DNA from: a virus
Taxonomy: Duplodnaviria > Heunggongvirae > Uroviricota > Caudoviricetes
Virus record (IMG/VR): IMGVR_UViG_2718217885_000014
Coordinates: 1-52,969 of that record
DNA length: 52,969 bases
Direction: 5' to 3' (one strand)
The notes beneath the pieces are model-generated. The model searched no databases. It was given only the letters and a program-made list of their open reading frames with translations, and was not told where the DNA came from. Shown here piece after piece: positions 51,602-52,969 of the stretch. The translations under genes were made by a program, and so were the position numbers. Numbering within the stretch: position 1 is the stretch's first letter; the number at the start of each line of letters is the position of its first letter.

Positions 51602-51715
51602 CCTGAAAGGACATGTTCACGAACGTGAATCACGGTGGACAAGGTTAAAACTAACCGGGCGATGCGTCAATGGCCTTGTGAATCAAATGGCTACTTTTGC
51701 ATCACCCGGTTTTAT

Positions 51716-52969
51716 TTACGCACGAATGGTGTAATCACCAATGCCGATCCACTTGTAAGTGGTCAGTGCTTCCAGCCCCATTGGGCCACGCGCGTGGAGT
51801 TTTTGTGTGCTTACCGCCACTTCCGCACCCAGACCAAACTGGCCGCCGTCGGTAAAACGCGTAGAGGCGTTAACGTAAACAGCGGACGAATCCACTTCGT
51901 TAACAAAACGCTGGGCGTTGCGCATATCGCGGGTCAGGATCGCATCGGAGTGTTGTGTGCCGTGTTCACGAATATGGGCGATGGCATCGTCAAGATCGCT
52001 GACGATTTTGACGTTCAAATCTAATGACAGAAACTCATCGTCATACTCTTCGGCTTTAACAGCAACCACCTTCGCAGGGCCTGCCTGCAACTGCGCCAGT
52101 GCAGCTGCATCTGCGTGTAATGTCACGCCGCTTTCCGCCATTTGTTTGCTTAATGCGGGCAGGAAGCTATCGGCGATGTTTTTATTCACCAGCAACGTTT
52201 CAACCGTATTACATGTGCTCGGACGCTGAGTTTTCGCGTTGACGATCACTTTTAATGCTTCAGCGATCTCTACACTTTCATCAACGTAAATATGGCATAC
52301 GCCTATACCACCTGTGATCACCGGGATTGTCGACTGTTCACGGCACAGTTTATGCAAACCAGCGCCACCACGCGGGATCAGCATGTCGATGTATTTATCC
52401 ATACGCAGCATTTCACTGACCAGCGCACGGTCAGGATTATCAATCGCCTGCACGGCACCCGCCGGTAAGCCACAGGATTTCAGGGCGTCCTGAATCACCG
52501 CCACCGTTGCCGCGTTAGTGCGACAGGTTTCTTTGCCACCACGCAGGATCACCGCATTACCGGTTTTCAGGCACAGCGAAGCGACATCAACCGTCACGTT
52601 CGGGCGCGCTTCATAAATCACGCCAATCACCCCCAGCGGCACGCGACGACGCTCAAGACGCAGGCCGCTGTCCAGTACGCTGCCATCGATTACCTGCCCC
52701 ACCGGATCGGCGAGGTTACACACCTGGCGCACATCATCGGCAATGCCTTTCAGCCGTGCGGGCGTCAGTGCCAGACGGTCAAGCATCGCTTCGCCAAGGC
52801 CATTGGCACGCGCGTCAGCAACATCCTGGGCGTTAGCGTTGAGGATGATTTCGCTTTGTGCTTCCAGTTCATCGGCGATTTTTTCCAGCACGCGATTTTT
52901 TTCGCGGCTGGAGAGTTGCGCTAATTTATACGAGGCTTGCTTCGCGGCAATGCCCATTTGTTCCAGCAT
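51716..52969 (-). CDS. proA: gamma-glutamyl phosphate reductase ProA
   Basis: 417 aa, [58 protein letters not shown] matches E. coli ProA; ATG is the last codon of the window. Confidence 0.95.
   Translation of the reverse strand: MLEQMGIAAKQASYKLAQLSSREKNRVLEKIADELEAQSEIILNANAQDVADARANGLGEAMLDRLALTPARLKGIADDVRQVCNLADPVGQVIDGSVLDSGLRLERRRVPLGVIGVIYEARPNVTVDVASLCLKTGNAVILRGGKETCRTNAATVAVIQDALKSCGLPAGAVQAIDNPDRALVSEMLRMDKYIDMLIPRGGAGLHKLCREQSTIPVITGGIGVCHIYVDESVEIAEALKVIVNAKTQRPSTCNTVETLLVNKNIADSFLPALSKQMAESGVTLHADAAALAQLQAGPAKVVAVKAEEYDDEFLSLDLNVKIVSDLDDAIAHIREHGTQHSDAILTRDMRNAQRFVNEVDSSAVYVNASTRFTDGGQFGLGAEVAVSTQKLHARGPMGLEALTTYKWIGIGDYTIRA

Overview
This window is an Escherichia coli chromosomal segment carrying an essentially complete lambda-like prophage (about 3.9 to 51.6 kb) integrated at the 3' end of tRNA-Thr(CGU) thrW, next to proA. 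Late genes run on the minus strand and early-left genes on the plus strand. From right to left: thrW, int, xis, yfdP-to-yfdT-like early-left genes, OL/PL, two small genes downstream of cI (the lambda rexAB position), cI, OR/PR, cro, a YdaT-like gene, a Rha-domain gene, an O-like replication gene with internal iterons, PerC-like and LexA-DNA-binding-domain genes, rusA split by an IS4-family element, a KilA-N gene, a DUF968 gene, antiterminator Q, a divergent lipoprotein moron, a DNA methyltransferase, three tRNA genes, a TerB-like gene, a phage-21-type lysis cassette (pinholin, SAR-type lysozyme, Rz with embedded Rz1), an IS66-family element with 8-bp target duplications, cos, then the full lambda head and tail gene order (Nu1, A, W, B, C/Nu3, D, E, FI, FII, Z, U, V, G/G-T, H, M, L, K, I, J, lom, stf, tfa). 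Left of the tail fibres are ompT, a secreted alpha/beta hydrolase and an XRE/cupin regulator. All identifications are from reading the translations and DNA by eye against remembered lambda, phage 21 and E. coli K-12 sequences; no searches were run. The most interesting candidate for an undescribed system is the two-gene cassette immediately downstream of cI (45499-46198). Other candidates are the TerB-like gene with a coupled small membrane ORF, the lipoprotein moron next to Q, and a GC-rich structured non-coding element at 47160-47527. The left prophage boundary (attL) was not found.
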